Positions 8,777 through 18,300 of a DNA stretch of 64,000 nucleotides are shown here, in pieces. Source of the DNA: a virus (lineage: Duplodnaviria; Caudoviricetes); IMG/VR virus record IMGVR_UViG_3300031994_004484. The stretch is one strand, 5' to 3'. Position 1 is the first letter of the stretch. Each line of letters begins with the position of its first letter. The notes under the pieces are model-generated. The model ran no database searches. It saw nothing but the letters and a program-made list of their open reading frames with translations, and was not told where the DNA came from. The position numbers were made by a program, and so were the translations under genes.

Positions 8777-11764
8777 ATGGCTGCTTCAAGACAAACCGAG
8801 ATATTAGATCAACTTAAAGAAATAAACGAGAGTTTGAAAAACTTCAAATCAGATAAAGAAAAATCTGATAAGGATGCTGATTTGTCTAAAACACTTAAAT
8901 CTTTGGGTTTTGAAAATGCTGGAAAAGACGATATTATAGGTAATCTTAAAAATATAAAAACAGGTGGCAGCTTATTAAAGAACAAAACAACACCCGGCGG
9001 CGCTTCTCTTGAAGGTGAAGCGTTAAAATCGGCAGCAAGTAATACAGCAAAGGCAATTGGGAATATAATAGAAACGGTTGGAAACGGTGTCACCGATGTT
9101 GTTTATAAAGTATTAGAAAACAGGCTAAAAAAACAAGAAGCAAGGTTAAATGCCTCGGCTGAACTGCAAAAGCGAGAGCTTCAAGTTTTTGGCGAAACTA
9201 TGAAGCGTGCTACTGAGATAATGGCCGACAATGTTACCGGTAAGATATTCGACACGGCGTATAAGTCGTTGGACGCTGTAATGGCGGGAGGAAGACAGTT
9301 TTATATCAAAAGCATACAAGACCAACTTACAATGGCGAGGATGCAGACTGAAATAAGAAAACTGAATTTAGATACTGCCTCAGCCATAACCGCTCAGGCA
9401 ACACAACTTGCAAGTGGCATAGCCCAAGCTTTAGGGCCGGTTGGCCAGATAGCCGGTAGCATGTTGTCTCTTGCCGGTAATATAACAAAAAAACAATTGG
9501 CTTTGGCTGCTGCACAGGCTGATTGGAGGTTAAAATTACAAGAAAAAGAGAATGAGGTTGTAGAAGAGTTTGTCAATCAGGTTAACGAAATGTCGTCTGC
9601 ATACAAGAACATGTCTAAAAGTGTGACGGAGGTCTTTTATAATCTGACAAACAAAAGTTTCGAGTACGGTAGAAGTCTTGGATTTAGTGGCGAACAAATA
9701 CATAGTTACAGCGATTCTGTTATTAGATTGAATGAAAATTTGGCGCAGGTTGGTTTGACCTTTGAAGACTACTACAAAATGCAGGAAACCTATAATGACA
9801 GGAACGGTCGTGCGGGTATAATCAGTGATAATGAAGCGCTAATGATGGGGGGGCTTGCGTTTAGAACGGGTGCGGATATCAATGATATAGCAAGCATAAC
9901 CGGTGTCATACAGCAGTTCAACATCTCGATAGACAACGGAAGCCAAATGATGTATGAGATTTCAAACACTGCAAGCAAGATGGGGCTTTCTGCAAAGAAA
10001 TTCACCAAAGATGTTGAACAAAACTTAAAACTTGCGGAAAAATACCAATTCAAAGGCGGTGTAAGAGGTATGATGGATATGGTGTTGCAGGCTCAGAAAT
10101 TACGTTTCAATATCAATGAGTTGAGCGGTTCAATGGAGAAAATGTTGAGCGGTAACATTGAGGATGTCATGCAGACAAGCGCGAGACTTAATGTTCTTGG
10201 TGGTAATGCGGCGATATTCTCGGACCCGTTCTCAATGATGTACAACGCCGCCGCGAACCCGAAAGCTTACATGGAGAATCTGAACCGTATGATAGGCGGT
10301 TATGGTACATTTAACAAGAAAACGGGTGAAACGGATTTCAGTATAAATGAAGTATACAGAATGCGAGCCATAGCTGACGCGACAGGCCAATCCTCCGAGA
10401 ACGTGATGAATCAGGCAAGACAGAAAAACAAGGAAGCTGCCTTGAGAAGACAGTTCGGTAGTTATGCGGGTTTTGATAAATACTCCGATATGATTGCCCA
10501 AAACGCTGTTTACAATAGGGAAAGTGGAAAATGGGAGATAAAGGTTGCTGACAGGTCAAAAGAGGGTGGTTTCAGGACAGAAACCCTTGAAAATGCTTTG
10601 GCAAATCCTGAAATGTTTGACAATATATTCCCTGAGGACAAACAAGACACCCTGATTGAATATGTAAGACTTATAGCTGAAAGAATAGCACCACAACAAG
10701 CACAGGAATTTGAAAACAAACGCGGTATTGCAAAGGTCATGGGTTCAGAAGGTGTTGCAGGCTCATTATATAAAATGTCTGACGAACTTGTAAAAGAACA
10801 TAGAAGAAACATTGATGAAAATATAGACAAGTATGTTAAAGGTATCATTGCCACCTCTGAAGCCACGGTTAGGGCTCAAGAGACAATGAATAAAATAGCC
10901 GAAAGTGACGAGATTTTCGATTCATATCTGACATCACTTAGAGTGAATCAAGAACAAATGGATAAGTTTAGCGAAGACATAAAAGATATGGACAGCGTCT
11001 TCGGTAAATTACTTGAAGCATATAACAAAGGTGGTTTGGAGTCTTTGGCTAAAGTGGTCCAAACAAATTTCAAAGCAATGAATTACAAATCGGATAAAGT
11101 CACCAAAGCAGCTGAAGACGGTACAATTACGAAAGAAGAGTGGTCAAAATTATCACATAAAGAAAAAAATGAGTTTATAAAACAAAACCCATTGAGAGGT
11201 ATTCCGCGTTTTGCACAGCGTTGGCTTATGAATAATGGTGCAGTACAGAGAATAAATGATGATTACTACACCAAGGAAGGCCAATATATTCGTTTAGAAG
11301 GGAATTCGGTTGGTGGTGTTGATTCGAAAACAAAATGGAATGGTTTATCTGATTCACAAAAAGTAAGGGGCTTGCCTTATATGATTGCGGCGCCGTTTAA
11401 AAAGAATTATGGTGATTGGGGTACAATACAAACAAAACAGGCAAATGATGTTATTATTTCCCCGAAACACGGCGTTTTTGAAACCGCCCCACAAGATACG
11501 ATTGTCGCATGGAAGCCAGGCGGTGATATTGACAGGAGTGAAACAAAAAAGAGGCCTAATGGAAACATATCCGGCAACGCAACACTTACAATAAACGGAA
11601 CTTTAAAGCTGGATAGCGGCAGAACATCGATTGATTTGATGGAAATTTTAAGAAACGACCCGAAAGCGTTAAGAGAGTTAGCCAAGGAAGTTATAGTTGA
11701 AGGCAGCAGAACTGTGTTTGGAGGAAAACCGCTATATGCGCCAAATCGTTACACATTCACATAA
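8777..11764 (+). CDS. Tape measure protein
   Basis: ~995 aa, Ala/Gln/Lys-rich and helical-looking; follows the chaperones; ATG at 8777 lies after TATTTATA (8748-8755). Confidence 0.8.
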   Translation: MAASRQTEILDQLKEINESLKNFKSDKEKSDKDADLSKTLKSLGFENAGKDDIIGNLKNIKTGGSLLKNKTTPGGASLEGEALKSAASNTAKAIGNIIETVGNGVTDVVYKVLENRLKKQEARLNASAELQKRELQVFGETMKRATEIMADNVTGKIFDTAYKSLDAVMAGGRQFYIKSIQDQLTMARMQTEIRKLNLDTASAITAQATQLASGIAQALGPVGQIAGSMLSLAGNITKKQLALAAAQADWRLKLQEKENEVVEEFVNQVNEMSSAYKNMSKSVTEVFYNLTNKSFEYGRSLGFSGEQIHSYSDSVIRLNENLAQVGLTFEDYYKMQETYNDRNGRAGIISDNEALMMGGLAFRTGADINDIASITGVIQQFNISIDNGSQMMYEISNTASKMGLSAKKFTKDVEQNLKLAEKYQFKGGVRGMMDMVLQAQKLRFNINELSGSMEKMLSGNIEDVMQTSARLNVLGGNAAIFSDPFSMMYNAAANPKAYMENLNRMIGGYGTFNKKTGETDFSINEVYRMRAIADATGQSSENVMNQARQKNKEAALRRQFGSYAGFDKYSDMIAQNAVYNRESGKWEIKVADRSKEGGFRTETLENALANPEMFDNIFPEDKQDTLIEYVRLIAERIAPQQAQEFENKRGIAKVMGSEGVAGSLYKMSDELVKEHRRNIDENIDKYVKGIIATSEATVRAQETMNKIAESDEIFDSYLTSLRVNQEQMDKFSEDIKDMDSVFGKLLEAYNKGGLESLAKVVQTNFKAMNYKSDKVTKAAEDGTITKEEWSKLSHKEKNEFIKQNPLRGIPRFAQRWLMNNGAVQRINDDYYTKEGQYIRLEGNSVGGVDSKTKWNGLSDSQKVRGLPYMIAAPFKKNYGDWGTIQTKQANDVIISPKHGVFETAPQDTIVAWKPGGDIDRSETKKRPNGNISGNATLTINGTLKLDSGRTSIDLMEILRNDPKALRELAKEVIVEGSRTVFGGKPLYAPNRYTFT

Positions 11765-11795
11765 TAGAAAAAAATGAACAAATAGGATAGATAAT

Positions 11796-14700
11796 ATGGA
11801 AAGACCTGTTTTTGGTTTGGATTACAGAAGTATTTTGGATGGAATGTCGTCCATTGTGAACGATACTGATTTCACAATCGGCAATTTTTCGCGCTTTAAT
11901 GACAGGATGTATTTTGTCATGACAAGCCTCATGCAAATTAACCGCTTGGAAAAGGACGCAACACTTGATATGATTAGCGGTTCACAAAGTCAGGCTTCGC
12001 CAAACAGCAAGCACATAACAAATGAAGCACAAAGACCCGGATATGTTTTTGACAACAACTACGTTGATGCGGTAAACAGTCTTTATTACATGTCTGACTA
12101 TGCAGGCAGTCATACAACACGCAGAAGAGCAAGCCAAAGCCTGATGGATGAAAGGGGTGACAACTTATATCCAAACCAATTGGATTCTTCGGACGATTAT
12201 ATAGCGGGTCGTTCGTGGAATGTATACACGGAAGACGAATGGGCTGACAAGAACTCCATACTATATAAAACAAAACGACTTTTTCAGGACAGGAAAATAG
12301 GTACGTTGATAGAGCAGTTCGGAACAAACACTGATGGCGGTGGTTCTGAGTATATGCAGGCAGGCGATGTTGGCACTGATGCTTACGGCATGTCAAAAGG
12401 TAGAAACCTTTTAATAAAAGCAGCTGAAACAAAAGGAGGAAAATATCCCGACAGGGGTTATAACAACCCGTATTGCAGGGTTTGGACGTATTTCCACAAA
12501 TACAACACAACAAAGGACCTCATCAGGCCATTCAGAAAAGAAGACAATCAGGAACCACAGGATATAAAAACAGTTCATTCATGGAATGCCGATGGTGATA
12601 AAAAATGGTGGCAATCTGAAAGTGAAACAGGTAACGGTTACATGTGGAAAGACGGTCATAGTGCAAGGTGGGAAAAGAGCGTTCTAAACAGACATGGCGA
12701 CGGTTTGGTTAACATAACCCCAAAATACAATAGTGGTGATTCTATACACACAAAAGACTGTATGTTTTCAATAGAAAACCTTGCATGGAAGGATTACGAC
12801 CCTTATAAGTTCGACTCAAATCTCTCTTGGGAACAGAGAGGACCTCATGGAGGTAGGATAATGTGGTTTCCACCATATGGACTTGAATTCAGCGAAACAA
12901 CAAGTGCACAATGGAATGCAAACCAATTCATAGGAAGGGGTGAGGATGTTTACACATACATCAATACAAGACGTTCGGGCAACTTGAGTTTCCTATTATT
13001 GGTGGACCATCCTTCTGTTACGGATTATGCCACATGGTACAATGGGGAGAAAGGTTTCAATATGAGTGCGGGTGTATTGAACGAGAGCGACATATTGCGG
13101 TATTTCGCGGGATGTGACCCAGCTGATGCCTCAAACGGTGACAAACAGAACGTGAACAATTTGAATTCGTTTACAAGGCCGACTCCAAAAGAACACGAGC
13201 AAGAGTGTGCAGCACCAAGTGAAAAAGAGCCTGAGAAGACTCCTGAGCCCGAAGAACCTGAAAACAAAACACACAGCAAAGAAGAAACTGTTGAATTTTG
13301 TGTATATTATCCGAACAACTATTCAGGTAATTTCGACTGTGACGACAGTGAAGTAGGTGGTGTTGAGTTTGTAATAAATTATCTTCTTGCAGGCAGGAAT
13401 GCACAAGAGGGATTTGTTTTGGAAGAACCGTCAAACAATCCTGTAAGAAAGTTAATTCCAATAGACTATGATAACGCCATAGGGTATGAAATAGGTTCAA
13501 CAGGTATAACAAACGACACATGGGAAGGACAGGTTAACAATCAAACGATAATAGGAAATCAGAAACCGTGGTCTCAAACAGGTTCAAAATACATGCCTGA
13601 CAAAAGCAAGTTATGGTATTACAGGATTGATGGTAAGTATGAAGTTCCGAAATCCTCAGGAGAATCGGGAAACAACAGATATTCGAATACATATGACCAA
13701 CTTTTGACGGTAAAAACCAACTACAAAGACAATAGAAGCTTCCGTCTCAACACCTCTTTGGACAACCAAACAAATGTATATGGGGGTCAGATTCCTGATG
13801 ATGCATACACATTTTCAGAAGTTGCGGAGGCGTTTATACCATGGTGGAGCAGCAACTTTGAAAAAACAACATCATTTTTCAAGAATAGTTCGTCGATAAA
13901 CAATGATTCAGGGCGTGTTGGGTATTTGGACAGCTTGTTCAGAGAAGGTAAATTAACAAAAATAGAATGTATCGGTTATTCAAACTCACATGGACAAAAC
14001 GCAAGCCAGACGGTAAATTCTAAGAGAAACGAGGTGTTGGCGACAAAACGCGCAGAGACCATAATGAAATGGTTGAAAATGAACAGTGATTGGGCCGATG
14101 TTGAAACAAGCGTAAGTCATGAATCCGCAAAATTTGTCGAAAACGAACCCAAAAACAATCCTAACGCAAGTTCGTTGGAGGCTAAAATATACAGAATGGC
14201 TAAATGTGTCTTGACTTTCCAAGTTGATGAAACTGAGACGCTTGAAGAATCAAGTGAGGAAATGAAGACGAACCCCGAAGTAAAGGATGAGGTTGAAAAC
14301 AACCTTTCCAACGATATGAGCGGTGGCGGTGAGGCTAATAAAGACCTTGTAAGTGAAGTAAGTCTGACTGAAAGCGAATATGACGACAAAAAATGGAACA
14401 AGATACGTTACGATCAGGAGTTTTTCTTTTTCAAGAAATTCAAAGACGAACATCCGATTGCTTATCAGAAATTAATGGACAAGTTACAGTACTTTAATCC
14501 GGCATTCCACTCAATGACACCTGAAGGATTCAACAGCAGGTTGACATTCCTAAACCAATGCACAAGGGCGGGTGAGACGATAGGCGCTTCCGACAAGAAC
14601 AGAAAATCGGCAAGCAACATGGCCTTTGGAAGGCCTCCGTTCTGCGTATTGAGGGTTGGTGATTTCTATAATCAAATGATTGTGATAAATCAGATACATA

Positions 14701-15014
14701 TCGATTATAACGTATCTGACGGTCTTATGTGGGATTTGAACGACGAGGGTGTAGGGGTTCAACCGATGTTGGCAAAGGTTACAATAGATTTCAATTTCAT
14801 AGGCGGCGGAAGTCTTGGTGGCGCCATAAGGAGGTTGCAGAACGCCATGACATTCAACTACTACGCAAATGCCGAGCTTTATGATAACAGGGCCGACCAA
14901 ATAACATACACAATAGACGAGGATATCGCTGTTGGTGGCGGTTATGGAAACGGTGTGATAGACGAAAAAGCTTCAAAGTTCAGAAATGTGATTTTGGAAG
15001 ATTTGACCCAATAA
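11796..15014 (+). CDS. Baseplate/tail-tube-initiator-like protein with inserted OmpA-like domain
   Basis: WFPPYGLEFSE....W....FIGRGE.VYTY.NT.RSG.LSF and PPFCVLRVGDFYN halves flank IECIGYSNSHG...N..LA..RA. Confidence 0.65.
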   Translation: MERPVFGLDYRSILDGMSSIVNDTDFTIGNFSRFNDRMYFVMTSLMQINRLEKDATLDMISGSQSQASPNSKHITNEAQRPGYVFDNNYVDAVNSLYYMSDYAGSHTTRRRASQSLMDERGDNLYPNQLDSSDDYIAGRSWNVYTEDEWADKNSILYKTKRLFQDRKIGTLIEQFGTNTDGGGSEYMQAGDVGTDAYGMSKGRNLLIKAAETKGGKYPDRGYNNPYCRVWTYFHKYNTTKDLIRPFRKEDNQEPQDIKTVHSWNADGDKKWWQSESETGNGYMWKDGHSARWEKSVLNRHGDGLVNITPKYNSGDSIHTKDCMFSIENLAWKDYDPYKFDSNLSWEQRGPHGGRIMWFPPYGLEFSETTSAQWNANQFIGRGEDVYTYINTRRSGNLSFLLLVDHPSVTDYATWYNGEKGFNMSAGVLNESDILRYFAGCDPADASNGDKQNVNNLNSFTRPTPKEHEQECAAPSEKEPEKTPEPEEPENKTHSKEETVEFCVYYPNNYSGNFDCDDSEVGGVEFVINYLLAGRNAQEGFVLEEPSNNPVRKLIPIDYDNAIGYEIGSTGITNDTWEGQVNNQTIIGNQKPWSQTGSKYMPDKSKLWYYRIDGKYEVPKSSGESGNNRYSNTYDQLLTVKTNYKDNRSFRLNTSLDNQTNVYGGQIPDDAYTFSEVAEAFIPWWSSNFEKTTSFFKNSSSINNDSGRVGYLDSLFREGKLTKIECIGYSNSHGQNASQTVNSKRNEVLATKRAETIMKWLKMNSDWADVETSVSHESAKFVENEPKNNPNASSLEAKIYRMAKCVLTFQVDETETLEESSEEMKTNPEVKDEVENNLSNDMSGGGEANKDLVSEVSLTESEYDDKKWNKIRYDQEFFFFKKFKDEHPIAYQKLMDKLQYFNPAFHSMTPEGFNSRLTFLNQCTRAGETIGASDKNRKSASNMAFGRPPFCVLRVGDFYNQMIVINQIHIDYNVSDGLMWDLNDEGVGVQPMLAKVTIDFNFIGGGSLGGAIRRLQNAMTFNYYANAELYDNRADQITYTIDEDIAVGGGYGNGVIDEKASKFRNVILEDLTQ

Positions 15015-15042
15015 CATTATATTTAAGTTAGAGATTTTAACA

Positions 15043-15372
15043 ATGGCTTATTACGACAGATACAAGGAATTTAGAGTTGACGATTTTGTTGACGCACCAA
15101 TGCCGTTTATACCGATTCCAGAGAGCGACACTGACATAAAAGTTGTTTTTGATGGGTCAAAAATGCGTTTGGATTCGTTGTCGTACAAATATTATGGCGA
15201 CCCGAACTATGCGTGGCTAATACTTAATGCAAATCCGGAAGTTTCACCGTATGAATATCTAATAGACAACGGAACAGAACTAAGGATACCTTATCCAATA
15301 GCAAGCGCGATAGAAAGATATGAAAAATCAATAGAGAAATACGAACTTGAACACGGAAATGGAGGAAAATAA
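15043..15372 (+). CDS. Baseplate wedge protein (gp53/tail-X/LysM-like)
   Basis: RLDSLSYKYYGDP.Y.WLIL.ANP ... G.ELRIP. Confidence 0.85.
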   Translation: MAYYDRYKEFRVDDFVDAPMPFIPIPESDTDIKVVFDGSKMRLDSLSYKYYGDPNYAWLILNANPEVSPYEYLIDNGTELRIPYPIASAIERYEKSIEKYELEHGNGGK

Positions 15373-18300
15373 CAACATCACAGTAATACGTCCTGCGGAG
15401 AGGATAATATATGTCGAACCAAACGACATATTCGGAAGTGTTGATGGAATACCGTTGACACCTGATTATACAGACCTCTGCATAAGTTTCGACCTCATTG
15501 TTGAGGTCGTTTCGCGCTTGAGGGCAAATAGTGCAACAATATCAAAAGACGCTGAAGACAACAGCACAAAAACATACGTTATCTCATGGACATCAAAATA
15601 TGGGGAGAATGAGGAAACGGGCCCTAATTATGTCTCGTTCATGGGAGGTGAAAATTATGGGGTTAAGGACGGCCCGAGTTATCTCACCACATATTATGTT
15701 GACAGTCATTACAACGAGTTCAAAAACAGAACGATAGTCGAAGGTCTTGGTGTCGAAAGTCTTTCGATAACGTTTGAAACTTATTATGCACCCACTGTGA
15801 AGATAAGGTTCATTGATGTCAGAGGTGCTTCCATTTTCGGGAGAGAGGAGGTTCTTCATGAGGACGAGGTCTTGAAAGAAGACAATATATGGGGTTGTTT
15901 CTTTACATTTCCATATCCGAAATACAAGTTGCAAGTAAAGGGTTTTTACGGAAGGGCCGTAACATATCAACTATGTTGCACTGATTTCAGGGCGCAATTC
16001 AACTCACAAACAGGGAACTACGAAATAGACATGTCTTTTGTTGGATATGATTTCGGTCTTCTTGCCGATTTGCCTTTGCAATATGTCATTGCCGCTCCTA
16101 ACTGCAAATATGCCGACACGGAGAGTTTTTGGAGAACACAGGCTTTAAGTAATCCGGATTGGAGACTGTCTGATGGAAGAAGTCCTGAAAAATTCCTTGA
16201 AATACGAAACAAAATAAGGGAGACACTCCAAACATACAGTAACAAAGAGGAAGAAGAGGTTACAGTTGTCGAAATAGAGGAAGAGGTTGTAAACGGGGAG
16301 AAAAACGAGTATATCAAACAAATGAAAACATATTCCGACGAGATACTCAAAAATCCCGGCTTCAAAAACGCCGTTGACAATGCCAAAGCGGGTAAAACAA
16401 CAGCCTTGAAACCCGATTTTTCAAACCCGCAATACGGTAAGTTGAACATAACTTCCATGATGGAGAGCGGAAAGGATGTAAATGAACATAAGAATTGGTT
16501 CAATGAGATATCCGCCACTTTGTACAAACTTGGATTGATGTATTCTGAGTACAAAGCAAAATGGCCCACAAGCGATTTGTCGAAGCTCGATTCGCATTTG
16601 TTATACAATCCGTATAATATAGAGAGTGAAAAGGAAAAAGCGGAGAAAAATTTGCCGAAGGATTTTGCCGCATTTTACGAAGCGCTCGCGAAGGAAAGCG
16701 CGATAGAAACAGTCACCAGACGCGAAGATGTCAGAAAAACACCTGAAAAAAGTGAAATTTCACAGAAAATATGGGAATTGGTCGGTCTTACACCGAATAT
16801 AGGAAATGTTTTTCTCACTTTATACTGTCATATTGAAACTTTTGCACACATGATATATGAGTGTGCTGAAAGGATAGAAGGGCAGATAAGGCGAGGTGAA
16901 CGGCATCTGAAGAATTTAGGGCTTCCGTCTTCTGCATATATTGATGCCGATTTCGGGCCGAATGAAAAGGAAAAACAGATAGATCCGTTTCCCGCAGTGT
17001 ACACATTCGAGAAGGTGGATGTGAACAAAAGCGAAAAATCGGATGACGCACAGGAAACGGACAGTTCAACTGATGATGTGAAGGTTGATGCGTGGATACG
17101 CGAGGTCGTGGCAAAAGGAACGCCACCGTGGGAAGAGGAAATGTTGGTTGAGAATTTATATACCGCAGCAATGAAAGTCATTGAAAAAGAGGAATCGAAT
17201 ACGGTTGAGTTCAAAACAGGTTCATATCCAATAATCCCGTGCGATTTGAACTATGGAGAAGTTGCGGGCGTTGCTTTGAAGTACACGCCTGAAGACTTGG
17301 CCGGTTATATGGCTTTAAGGGCTGCCGCTATTTTTGGAATAAGCAAACTACCTGAAAAAGAAGCAAATAATATTGGAAAAGCCGATGCCATAAACTATTT
17401 CACTTCAGGACCGCAAAAAGAGACAATACAAAAGAAAATATTTGATCAGTTGACAGCAACTGAAGGTAACTACACCGATATTCTTTATAATATAGCTTTA
17501 TGTAAGTCAAAAGACGGAAAATACCCGTTTGAAGAATATGGTTTATATGTTGATGATAATAGGGAAAAAAACCAAAACACAAGGCAACCGTTTTTTGTTG
17601 AAAAGGAAGGGAAGCTTCATTATTCATATACAACAAACGGAAAAGATTTGAAAGGCAGTAATAATGATGTTATACAATATGTTCCGGTTAGATTGAATTC
17701 ATGGGACGGCATAAAAAATAACGATTTATATCCGAATATACCCAAGGGGCGTAAAAATGGAGACCGAATAGGTTATTACCTCGTATTATCAAATAATGAT
17801 GATAATACGTATGAAAGCACTGTACTACACAGCAGATGGAGTAGCGGTATATTCGATAATAGGTATTACACGGTAAAGAACGAACCAAACACCATAGTAA
17901 CCAAGCAAGAATATATAAACAACAACATATTCACCATATATTATGGCGGAATGAATTATAATGAAAAAATTGAAGAAGTTTATCAGGAACTGAAGGAAGG
18001 GAATGTTGATGTTAATGGTTATTCAGCCAATCAGAAGGAAGTGTTTTCCCCAATTGTAAAAACGTGGAATTTTGTAGATGACAATTCTCTGAGAAGCAGA
18101 TATTATTCAGATTCAACACAAATAAGGAAACTTTTAAATACATTGTATCCTTCCGAAAAGGAAAAGAAAGAGATTGATTCATGGGAATCATCGAAATATA
18201 TGAGTGATTTTGTTAATAAGGGTGTTATAAACTATCTCGACGGTTCATTTAAGGATGGTAGTACCGAGTATTCTGAAAACGACTTTTTTGTCATACCGTT

